DNA of 64,000 nt, taken from assembly GCA_035528155.1 (NCBI GenBank), contig DATKZA010000014.1, positions 419 to 64,418 on the forward strand, written 5' to 3'. Shown one piece after another: positions 46,533 to 53,440 of this stretch. The position numbers were made by a program, and so were the translations under genes. The stretch comes from Patescibacteria group bacterium. GTDB lineage: Bacteria > Acidobacteriota > Aminicenantia > UBA2199. Numbering within the stretch: the first letter of the stretch is position 1; every line of letters starts with the position of its first letter. The notes below the pieces were generated by a model. That model was not told the origin of the DNA, ran no database searches, and worked only from the letters and a program-made list of their open reading frames with translations.

Positions 46533-47335
46533 TATTTCCAGCTCTTGTTTTTATTGTTCTTTCCTTATTGTCGACAGGTTTGTATTTTGGCGAGGAAAAA
46601 ACCGGACAAGTAGATGGGGATCTTACTCAATTTGCCGGAACCTGGTCAGGGCATGGGGCAGGTGAGGAGGTGAGGTTTAGGGACAAGAATGGGTTATTGA
46701 TACTCACCGTCAAACACAAAACCGAATTTGTCTTCCACGTTGAAGAAAACGGGAAGATCGCGGGTGAGGGAACCATCGAATATGGTCTTGAAAGAAATAC
46801 TTCCGGTCTTGATGACCTTGTTGCCGGGGTGCATTCACTCATGGGACTGGCCCAGGTCCCTGGAATAGGTGTAGAGGGCCCTCTCGGTGATGCGGCAAAA
46901 AAAGTTGGGGAAGAGTTGACAGATGTAAAGGGAGTAACAAAGATCCAATATGATGCCCCCCACCTTAAACACGGGCCAGAAATTAGACATTTCAAATTTA
47001 CAGGAACAATAAAAAATGGAACCTTTAAAAATAATGAAGGGCAAGAGGTCGAAGCATTTTTAATTGAACTGGATGAAGTAAAGAATTTTACACTGATGGG
47101 GGGCAATCCCGACAACACTCTTATTGCAGAATATGAGGTCAACAAGGTTAAAACTGATGCCAAGTTCCCCTGCTGGTCCCCTTTCATGGAAGGGGCCGGG
47201 ATCGTCCGCAAAGGCCCGGGAAATATTCATATCGCTGAATTCCAGCAGAAGGGAGAACATCGCAAGGGCAAGCGTGTCTGGCAGGAATACGGATATGTCT
47301 GGCTCGCCCGGCAGATCGCCCCGGAAAAAAAGTAG
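46505..47335 (+). CDS. Hypothetical exported/anchored protein (276 aa)
   Basis: ATG at 46505 (MGKINFLKSLFPALVFIVLSLLSTGLYFG). No family recognised. Confidence 0.6.
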   Translation: MGKINFLKSLFPALVFIVLSLLSTGLYFGEEKTGQVDGDLTQFAGTWSGHGAGEEVRFRDKNGLLILTVKHKTEFVFHVEENGKIAGEGTIEYGLERNTSGLDDLVAGVHSLMGLAQVPGIGVEGPLGDAAKKVGEELTDVKGVTKIQYDAPHLKHGPEIRHFKFTGTIKNGTFKNNEGQEVEAFLIELDEVKNFTLMGGNPDNTLIAEYEVNKVKTDAKFPCWSPFMEGAGIVRKGPGNIHIAEFQQKGEHRKGKRVWQEYGYVWLARQIAPEKK

Positions 47336-47522
47336 TCAGACATAGCGGATTGCGACAGAAGATTTGTTAAATGAAATGATCTTACTCGCTGCCTGATTTC
47401 TTGATCCTGTCGGCGACAGCCGCGGCAGGTATTGGCTGCCGGCGGGGTTGGCCGCGATTCACTTTGTTTTTTTTCCGGGTTCTTTTGTGATATGATTTTC
47501 AACCTTGGGCAAGGAGGACCGG

Positions 47523-48626
47523 ATGGCCATAAAAAAAGGGTTTTGTTTCGGGACGGTTTTCCTCATGATCCTGTCGCTGGCGGCCGCAGAATGGCAAAAA
47601 GAAACTGCCGATCGCATCGCCAGGGAAAAAGAGTATCCGCTGCTGGTGGAAAACCTGCAGAAACAATTCCCCGCTCTCGCTGACGGTGAAAAGGCCGCGG
47701 TGAGCCTGATTATCGGCTACTGCCAGTCCCGTCTGAAAGATTTCCAGGCCGAGCTGTTCTGGATGAAAAAATATCTTGAGGAATTCAGGGCCGTTTCTGT
47801 CAAGATCGGGTTCATCTCCGCCGCCAGCAGACAGAAGATCCTGCAATTCAGGGCTTCGTGGCAGAAGGATTTTCCGGTTATCTGGGAACTGGGGCTCGAA
47901 GCGGCCGATTCCGAATTCGCCTACTTCGCTCCACCGGGCGAGTTGAAGTTGCGTCTCCAGGTTTCGGTTCCATGCAATTTCCAGCTCTTTGGCCGGGAAG
48001 GGGATTTGCTGGCCCAGGGCTTACTGGACCAGGATGTTCGCAGTGTGGCCGTTCCGCTCATGGCTGATTTTTGCAAGGTTTCCAGCCATGGTTTCCGCCT
48101 GCTGCTGACTTTGCGACACGCCCCGGAAAAAACGATTGAAAAATATTTCACCATTGAACTCGAGTATCTCTACCCGGAGGATGTAGAATTCGATCCGTTG
48201 AGCGCTGAAGTAAAACTCAAGGGACGGGAATGGCAGCCCGAGAACAAAAGCGAAACCATTGTCATTTCCCAGCGCATGCATTTTGACAAAAAGTTGTTTA
48301 AAAAAACCGTATTGAAAAATATTTTGATCGGCGCCGCTTTCTTTGTCGTAAGATCCACCCTGCTTACCTCCACCATGGACAATTCCGAAACGTCTCTTTT
48401 CGCGAAATCCGCCCTGTACGGCACGCGCAAGGTGTTCAACCTGGCCGGTATCGGCTTCAGCCTGGCGGCTTTGAGCCAATTGCCCAAGGTTTTCAAACGG
48501 GAAAAGATCATTGAAGAGAAAACCGTGGACCTGCCCGAAGCACGCGCGGCCAATGAGGATTTGAAACGGGACCTGGAACTGAACCGGGAAAAGATCAGGG
48601 TCAAGCTTTCGGTCCAGGCGATCTGA
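47523..48626 (+). CDS. Hypothetical membrane protein (367 aa): signal/anchor, soluble domain, two C-terminal hydrophobic segments
   Basis: AGGAGG lies 5 nt upstream of the ATG at 47523. FCFGTVFLMILSLAAA, and later NILIGAAFFVV and LAGIGFSLAAL. No family recognised. Confidence 0.6.
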   Translation: MAIKKGFCFGTVFLMILSLAAAEWQKETADRIAREKEYPLLVENLQKQFPALADGEKAAVSLIIGYCQSRLKDFQAELFWMKKYLEEFRAVSVKIGFISAASRQKILQFRASWQKDFPVIWELGLEAADSEFAYFAPPGELKLRLQVSVPCNFQLFGREGDLLAQGLLDQDVRSVAVPLMADFCKVSSHGFRLLLTLRHAPEKTIEKYFTIELEYLYPEDVEFDPLSAEVKLKGREWQPENKSETIVISQRMHFDKKLFKKTVLKNILIGAAFFVVRSTLLTSTMDNSETSLFAKSALYGTRKVFNLAGIGFSLAALSQLPKVFKREKIIEEKTVDLPEARAANEDLKRDLELNREKIRVKLSVQAI

Positions 48627-48639
48627 TCAGGGGGAAAAG

Positions 48640-49281
48640 ATGATCAAAAAAATACTTTTGCTGATCATGGGGCTCACCATGGCCAATACGGTTTTCGCCG
48701 ACCTGAGTTTTTCAATTTCCTTCCATTCCAATGAAACCCTCAAGGTTTTTACCAGCCAGTACATCGCCAACCAAACGCCGGCACCCGGTTTTCGCGACAC
48801 CCTGATCGTACTGTCCTCTTTCCAGCCAAACCGCCAGGAATTCCTCGTTTTCGGCAACATCATCAAGGGCGCGAATGTTTTAATCGAAAACGGCATATGG
48901 GAGACGAAAAAGCACACTTTGGGCATGGGGTTCGGCAAGGTGCTGACCATCCCTGTCCGCCTGACCAAGATCGGCTTGGAATTCAGCCTGGATTTTTCGG
49001 CCGGGCCTTACTTCCATATCTTTTTGAGCAACCACTACACCCATGTAAGCGGCCAGTACAAAAAGGAAGTCGAAACGGCCAGCATCTTGCACCGTGTCCA
49101 GTACGGACTGTATTCGACCGCCCGCTTGCGCCTGACCCATTACAAAAAATATTTCAACGCCGTGGACTTCAACCTCGGGCTCCATTTTTTCATGCCCTTC
49201 AGCAACCACGAATTCAACGACGACGCCAAAGCCCGCTATCACTTGTTCAAGACCTTCGCCTCTCTCGGGATCTCTTTTTAA
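48640..49281 (+). CDS. Small putative outer-membrane beta-barrel protein (213 aa)
   Basis: Signal peptide MIKKILLLIMGLTMANTVFA. Alternating hydrophobic strand pattern. C-terminal ...FASLGISF ends in an aromatic residue (beta-signal-like). Confidence 0.5.
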   Translation: MIKKILLLIMGLTMANTVFADLSFSISFHSNETLKVFTSQYIANQTPAPGFRDTLIVLSSFQPNRQEFLVFGNIIKGANVLIENGIWETKKHTLGMGFGKVLTIPVRLTKIGLEFSLDFSAGPYFHIFLSNHYTHVSGQYKKEVETASILHRVQYGLYSTARLRLTHYKKYFNAVDFNLGLHFFMPFSNHEFNDDAKARYHLFKTFASLGISF

Positions 49282-49356
49282 TTGAAAGTTGACAATAAGA
49301 TTGGCAAACAAACGGCATTGTCTTATAATAACGTTGCCAAAAGGAGGAGGAGGAGA

Positions 49357-50487
49357 ATGAAATCTTTCAAAGCTTCAAAAAGAATGTCTGCCCTTCTGAC
49401 GATTATTTGTTTTTTCGGGGTCATGGAATTGGCCGTCCTGCCCGGGCCGTTGCCAGCCACCGGTATTGGCACTCAAATCGCGACTGGGAATGACGACCAG
49501 CCGAATTATGTTGTCAGGGAAAGTGCTTCCAGGCAGATCAAGAAAAAAACGCCATCCATTCTGCCCTGGATCATTGCCGGTGGCGTGGTTTTGGCTGCTG
49601 TCTTGGTCCTGATCTTGACAAAAAAAAGCGGCGATGACGGTTCGGTCACGGTCAGCGAGTTCGGCGGCCATGGCACGACCGATGGCTTGTTCGATCATCC
49701 TTCCGGTATTGCCCTGGACAGCAGCGGCAATGTGTATGTTTCGGACATGAACAACCGCCGCATCCAGAAATTCACCGCCAACGGGGTTTTTATTAAAAAA
49801 TGGAATTTTTCTCCGGGTTTGCACCCTCTCGGGCTGGTTGTCTCCGGCAACCGCCTCTATGTCTGCGATCTCAACACCACGGGTTCGAACCTGCAGGTTT
49901 TCGACTTGGAGGGCAATCACCAGGCCACCTGGAAAGTGCCGGATTACAACAACCTTTCCGGGAATCCGGCGTCCGCGGATGTCGACGCCGACAGTTCGGG
50001 AAATCTCTATGTCCTTGACAATATCAACCGCGATGTGGTCATTTTCAATAGTTCCGGCACGGTGAACGGGCATTTCAGAATTCAGAGGGACAATCCCTGG
50101 CCCGGCCCCAATGGCATCGCCATCGCCGGAAACCAGGTGTTCATTGCCGAAAGTTCCGACAACCAATACGGCAACCGGATCAATGTCTTCGATCTGAGCG
50201 GCACCTTCATCCGCACCTGGGGCGGCACCGGCAGCGGCCCCGGTCAATTCAGGAACCCGATTGGAATTGCGGTCATGAAAAGTGACTCGTTGATCGTGGG
50301 CGATCACAACGTCTCTCCTACCTTTGCCCGCATCCAGAAATTCAGTTTCAGCGGCAGCTATCAGGACATGATCCAGCCGGCGCAGGGGACATTTTATGCC
50401 CGGGCTCTAGCTGTCAATGAACAGGCCGGCAAAATTTATGTTTGCGCGGGCAACAATGACAGTATCCTGGTGATCGATACTTTTTAA
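49357..50487 (+). CDS. Membrane-anchored NHL-repeat (six-bladed beta-propeller) protein
   Basis: GGAGGAGGAGGAG RBS before the ATG at 49357. Repeated units of the type FDHPSGIALDSSGNVYVSDMNNRRIQKF, and F.NPIGIAV....L.V.D. TM helix PWIIAGGVVLAAVLVLILT. Confidence 0.8.
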   Translation: MKSFKASKRMSALLTIICFFGVMELAVLPGPLPATGIGTQIATGNDDQPNYVVRESASRQIKKKTPSILPWIIAGGVVLAAVLVLILTKKSGDDGSVTVSEFGGHGTTDGLFDHPSGIALDSSGNVYVSDMNNRRIQKFTANGVFIKKWNFSPGLHPLGLVVSGNRLYVCDLNTTGSNLQVFDLEGNHQATWKVPDYNNLSGNPASADVDADSSGNLYVLDNINRDVVIFNSSGTVNGHFRIQRDNPWPGPNGIAIAGNQVFIAESSDNQYGNRINVFDLSGTFIRTWGGTGSGPGQFRNPIGIAVMKSDSLIVGDHNVSPTFARIQKFSFSGSYQDMIQPAQGTFYARALAVNEQAGKIYVCAGNNDSILVIDTF

Positions 50488-50510
50488 TATTTGCAGAGGC
50501 GGTCCATAAA

Positions 50511-50546
50511 AAAGGGGAGTAGTGATTCCCCTTTCGAGTTTTTTTT
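50511..50546 (+). terminator. Rho-independent terminator after the NHL gene
   Basis: AAAGGGGA-N8-TCCCCTTT followed by CGAGTTTTTTTT. Confidence 0.7.
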
Positions 50547-50788
50547 ACTGCTTAAAAAGTTCTTGCGATTTCCCGGATCCATTTCGGGTCGGCGGGCTAG
50601 TGTCCGGCCGCCACCAACCAGGTCGCAGCCGGCCCGATTGTCCCTGGAGACCGCCAATTCGATTTTCGGGAGCGATTGTAAACTTGAGTTGAGAAAATTC
50701 AAAAAAACTCTAGACAAACGAGATTTTTGTATAAAAACTTTATCTATCATACAGTTAAACTAAGGATGAGTTTATACGGGAGGGAAAA

Positions 50789-51613
50789 ATGAAAAAAACA
50801 GTTTCATGGCTGGGAATCATGGGTTTGATCGTGGCGGCCGGGCTGCTGGTCATTTCCGGCGCGGCGCTTTTGTCCGCCGCTGAAGGCTGGTGCTGCCTGG
50901 ATGGCGTGGTGTTCGCGGCCACGCCCGAGCAGTGCAAGGAGAAGGGGGGCATGTACTTCGCTACCCAGGCCGAAGCGGAGAATTATTGCAAGCAGCCGCC
51001 GGCGACGGGCTGGTGCTGCAAGGACGGGGTGGTGTTCGCGGCCACGCCCGAGCAGTGCAAGAGGAAGGGCGGCGTGTATTTCGCGACCGAGGCCGAAGCG
51101 AGAAAGTACTGCGATCAGCCGCCGGTGACGGGCTGGTGCTGCAAGGACGGTGTGGTGTTCGCGGCCACGCCCGAGCAGTGCAAGAGGAAGGGCGGGGCAT
51201 GGTTCGCCACCAAGCCGGCAGCGGAGAAATATTGCCGGGAAGGGAATAAACTTCCCGATCTGATTGTTCGGGACATTGTCCTCAACCGCAAATGTCAGGT
51301 GGTGGTCATCGTTGCCAACGTCGGCCCGGGAGCGGTTCCGGATGAAGTATGGACCGTCCACAAGCCGACCAGCAGCAGTGTCTACCTCTATATCAACGGT
51401 CACAAATGGGGCGGCGGGACGATCTGGGGCTTCGATCCGGGCAAGCACCTGCAGAGCCCGGGCGGCACGGCGAAATATGTCAGCAAATTGATCGTTGGCG
51501 CCGCGGCCGAGATCACCGCCCTCATCGACCACACCGGTGAGGTCAATGAAACCAATGAAGGCAACAATAAGTTGATTAAAAAGTTGGAATGCAAAGTTGG
51601 GGGGACCAAGTAG
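50789..51613 (+). CDS. Exported protein with three tandem 41-aa four-cysteine repeats and a C-terminal CARDB-like domain
   Basis: 274 aa with a signal/anchor. 3x GWCC.DGVVFAATPEQCK.KGG.(Y/W)FAT..(E/A)A..YC. Then LPDLIVRDIVLN...V.V.VANVGPG..., typical of CARDB. Confidence 0.7.
   Translation: MKKTVSWLGIMGLIVAAGLLVISGAALLSAAEGWCCLDGVVFAATPEQCKEKGGMYFATQAEAENYCKQPPATGWCCKDGVVFAATPEQCKRKGGVYFATEAEARKYCDQPPVTGWCCKDGVVFAATPEQCKRKGGAWFATKPAAEKYCREGNKLPDLIVRDIVLNRKCQVVVIVANVGPGAVPDEVWTVHKPTSSSVYLYINGHKWGGGTIWGFDPGKHLQSPGGTAKYVSKLIVGAAAEITALIDHTGEVNETNEGNNKLIKKLECKVGGTK
50885..51240 (+). repeat. Three in-frame tandem copies of a 123-bp GC-rich coding repeat
   Basis: GGCTGGTGCTGC recurs at 50885, 51008 and 51131, an exact 123-nt spacing. 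Copies 2 and 3 are nearly identical over their first ~70 nt. Confidence 0.85.
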
Positions 51614-51646
51614 AATAAATAATCTGACTTAGTCTGTGAAGCAAAC

Positions 51647-51671
51647 GCAGCGGCACCATTTCAGCCGCTGC
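51647..51671. terminator. GC hairpin between convergent genes (no clear T-tract)
   Basis: GCAGCGGC-N9-GCCGCTGC. Confidence 0.3.
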
Positions 51672-51703
51672 CAGCGCAGGATCACGCCGGGCCGGTGATT
51701 TGG

Positions 51704-52216
51704 CTAATGGTTATGGCGCATGACCTGGCGGCTTATGAAGCGGTCGACTAAAGCAGCGCTGAGCAGACCCAGTCCGCCGAGAATGAACGGCTTGGCGTTG
51801 CCGCCCACCCAGAAAAAGAGCCGTTTTATTTGATCACCCAGGGGAAGAAACGCCGTTTTGAGTGTGTCGAAGACCTGCAGGGTACCATTGGCCAGGGGCC
51901 GCATGTTCACAAAAATGAGCAATCCGGCCAGGATGACGGCGGCAGCGCCGATCGCCAGGGCGATCTTGGCTGCCGGTCGCTCCCAAAAAACAGGCCGGGA
52001 AGCGGGGATTCTATCCAGTACGGAGTCGGCAAAAGTCGGCGGCAGAGCGAAGCCGGGATCGGCTGCCAAACCGGCATACAGTTGCCGGAAGCTGTCCAGG
52101 CGTTTTTGACAGCTGGCGCAGGTTCCCAGGTGCATGGGTAGGATCGATCCGGTCTGAAGCATGCGGGTGTCCAGGATCTCCTGGATCTGTTCGTTGGTCA
52201 AATGATCGTTGTTCAT
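51704..52216 (-). CDS. Anti-sigma factor (zf-HC2 type) with one TM helix
   Basis: H-x3-C-x2-C motif HLGTCASCQ near the N-terminus. TM AAKIALAIGAAAVILAGLLIFV. ATGA overlap with the sigma gene. Confidence 0.75.
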   Translation of the reverse strand: MNNDHLTNEQIQEILDTRMLQTGSILPMHLGTCASCQKRLDSFRQLYAGLAADPGFALPPTFADSVLDRIPASRPVFWERPAAKIALAIGAAAVILAGLLIFVNMRPLANGTLQVFDTLKTAFLPLGDQIKRLFFWVGGNAKPFILGGLGLLSAALVDRFISRQVMRHNH

Positions 52217-52788
52217 GATTCCTCCCGAGCAGCGGGCAAAAGCCGTTCGCGCAATTTTTGCCGGGCGCGGAACAGGTGGCTCTTGACCGTTCCGGCCGGC
52301 ATTGTCAGCGTCCGGCCGATCTCCTCGTAATTCATTTCTGAAAAGTGAAAAAGCGTCAGGATGAGCCGGTAATGAGCGGGCAGTCGCTCGATCTCCTGCA
52401 TCAGGTTGCGGTTGCTGTCAGCCTGCTCGCTAATGTGTTCCGGGTTGTGGCCGTTTCCGGCGACATTTTCCAGCGTTTGCCCATTGGCACTTACATCAGC
52501 GAACAGGGGCATGCGTTTCCTGCGCAGGTGGTTGATGCAGGTATTGCTGGCGATGCGGCCGATCCAGCCTGGAATTTTGGCGGCCCCCTGGAATTCCCCG
52601 ATATTTTGGAAGATTTTCAGGAAAATTTCCTGGCATAATTCCTCGCGGTCGGCGTTATTGTAGACCATGCGGAATACGATAGCCGCTACCAGGCGCTGGT
52701 ATTTTTCAATGAAAACGCGGAAGGCCTGGCGGTCTCCGGCCTGAACGCGGCTGACCAGAAGAGTGACTTCATCGATGGGTTCGTTCAT
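52213..52788 (-). CDS. ECF-type RNA polymerase sigma factor (sigma-70 group IV)
   Basis: Region 2: FRVFIEKYQRLVAAIVFRMV...DREELCQEIFLKIF. Region 4: LPAHYRLILTLFHFSEMNYEEIGRTLTMPAGTVKSHLFRARQKLR. Start uncertain; an alternative ATG at 52833 would add 15 codons. Confidence 0.85.
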   Translation of the reverse strand: MNEPIDEVTLLVSRVQAGDRQAFRVFIEKYQRLVAAIVFRMVYNNADREELCQEIFLKIFQNIGEFQGAAKIPGWIGRIASNTCINHLRRKRMPLFADVSANGQTLENVAGNGHNPEHISEQADSNRNLMQEIERLPAHYRLILTLFHFSEMNYEEIGRTLTMPAGTVKSHLFRARQKLRERLLPAAREES

Positions 52789-52973
52789 CTGCGCGTCGGG
52801 CGTCTGGTATTTGATTTGTCTTGCCTGCTTCATTGGTATTATAGTAAACATCCCAAAAAGATGGAAGTTGCAAAAAATTGAATTATTTTTTCTGAAACAT
52901 TCTCCGCCTAGGCCTGTTAGTTCTCTTGAGAGGCGGTTGAGGCTGCCTTCGAAAATCGCCATGGAGGTGAAAA

Positions 52974-53330
52974 ATGAGCGAGAATTTTGCTGCTGTTTTT
53001 ATTTTGGCTGTGATCGGTTATTTCATCCTGGAATTGGTCAAGGTTGTCTCGGAGAGCCGTTTGCGCCACAAACTGATCGAAAAAGGCATGGTGGATGAAA
53101 AGGTCAAGCTTTTGTTCCAGCCGCAGATGCTGAACCAGTCGGCTTCGGCCCTGAAATGGGGCCTGGTGCTGATCGCCGTGGGAATGGCTTTCCTGTTCAC
53201 TTACGGGATCTACAGCTGGGTGCCTTCCGGAATCCGTGAAGAGATGACCGCCGGGGCGGTTTTCTTCATGGCCGGCCTGGGCATGATCGTTTATTACGGC
53301 ATTGCCCGCAGCCAGGAAAAGAAGAATTAG
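52974..53330 (+). CDS. Small 3-TM membrane protein, divergent from the ECF sigma gene
   Basis: GGAGGTG RBS. 118 aa with three hydrophobic helices. No confident family assignment. Confidence 0.55.
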   Translation: MSENFAAVFILAVIGYFILELVKVVSESRLRHKLIEKGMVDEKVKLLFQPQMLNQSASALKWGLVLIAVGMAFLFTYGIYSWVPSGIREEMTAGAVFFMAGLGMIVYYGIARSQEKKN

Positions 53331-53360
53331 GCCAATCGGAACAATAGCCGATTGAAACGC

Positions 53361-53414
53361 AGGCCGACCGCAGCTCCGGGTTAAAGACGGAGCCCGGTCG
53401 GCCTGTTTCTTTTC
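53361..53414 (+). terminator. Long GC-rich hairpin followed by a T-rich tract
   Basis: AGGCCGACCG..GCTCC...GGAGC.CGGTCGGCCT followed by GTTTCTTTTC. Confidence 0.6.
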
Positions 53415-53440
53415 ATTCAGAATTGTGATATTTTTCTTTT

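Noticed and set aside
39070-47400. Low-GC segment as a mobile genomic island or prophage
   Set aside because: There is no integrase, transposase or phage gene, no flanking tRNA, and no direct repeats at the compositional boundaries. I report it as a compositionally distinct accessory block, not as a mobile element.
47400-47480. Terminator after the 276-aa island gene
   Set aside because: There are GC-rich palindromic bits (CTGTCGGCGACAG; GCCGCGGCAGG...CTGCCGGCGG) and a T-run at ~47463-47476. The T-run is ~20 nt from the nearest stem, so the geometry is not that of a canonical intrinsic terminator.
49881-49892. tRNA T-arm-like string GGGTTCGAACCT
   Set aside because: It lies inside the NHL CDS. 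No acceptor stem, D-arm or anticodon arm can be drawn from the flanks. No other tRNA-like region was seen in any intergenic gap.
50885-51240. Possible CRISPR array (regular 123-bp periodicity)
   Set aside because: The repeats are contiguous without spacers, in-frame, and encode a conserved Cys-rich module inside a signal-peptide protein. No cas genes are present in the window.
49375-51532. Minus-strand ORFs 49375..50307 (310 aa) and 50804..51532 (242 aa), opposite the NHL and Cys-repeat genes
   Set aside because: The sense strands have RBSs, signal peptides and recognisable NHL/CARDB repeats. The antisense products are Arg/Gly/Ala-rich low-complexity sequences whose periodicity simply mirrors the coding repeats.
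52834-52973. ECF-type (GAAC-N16-CGTC) autoregulatory promoter upstream of the sigma gene
   Set aside because: Only weak matches exist (e.g. GAACTAACAGGCCTAGGCGGAGAATG) and none has a proper -10 CGTC-like box. A TATAAT sits 4 nt before the alternative ATG at 52833, so the true start and promoter stay unresolved.
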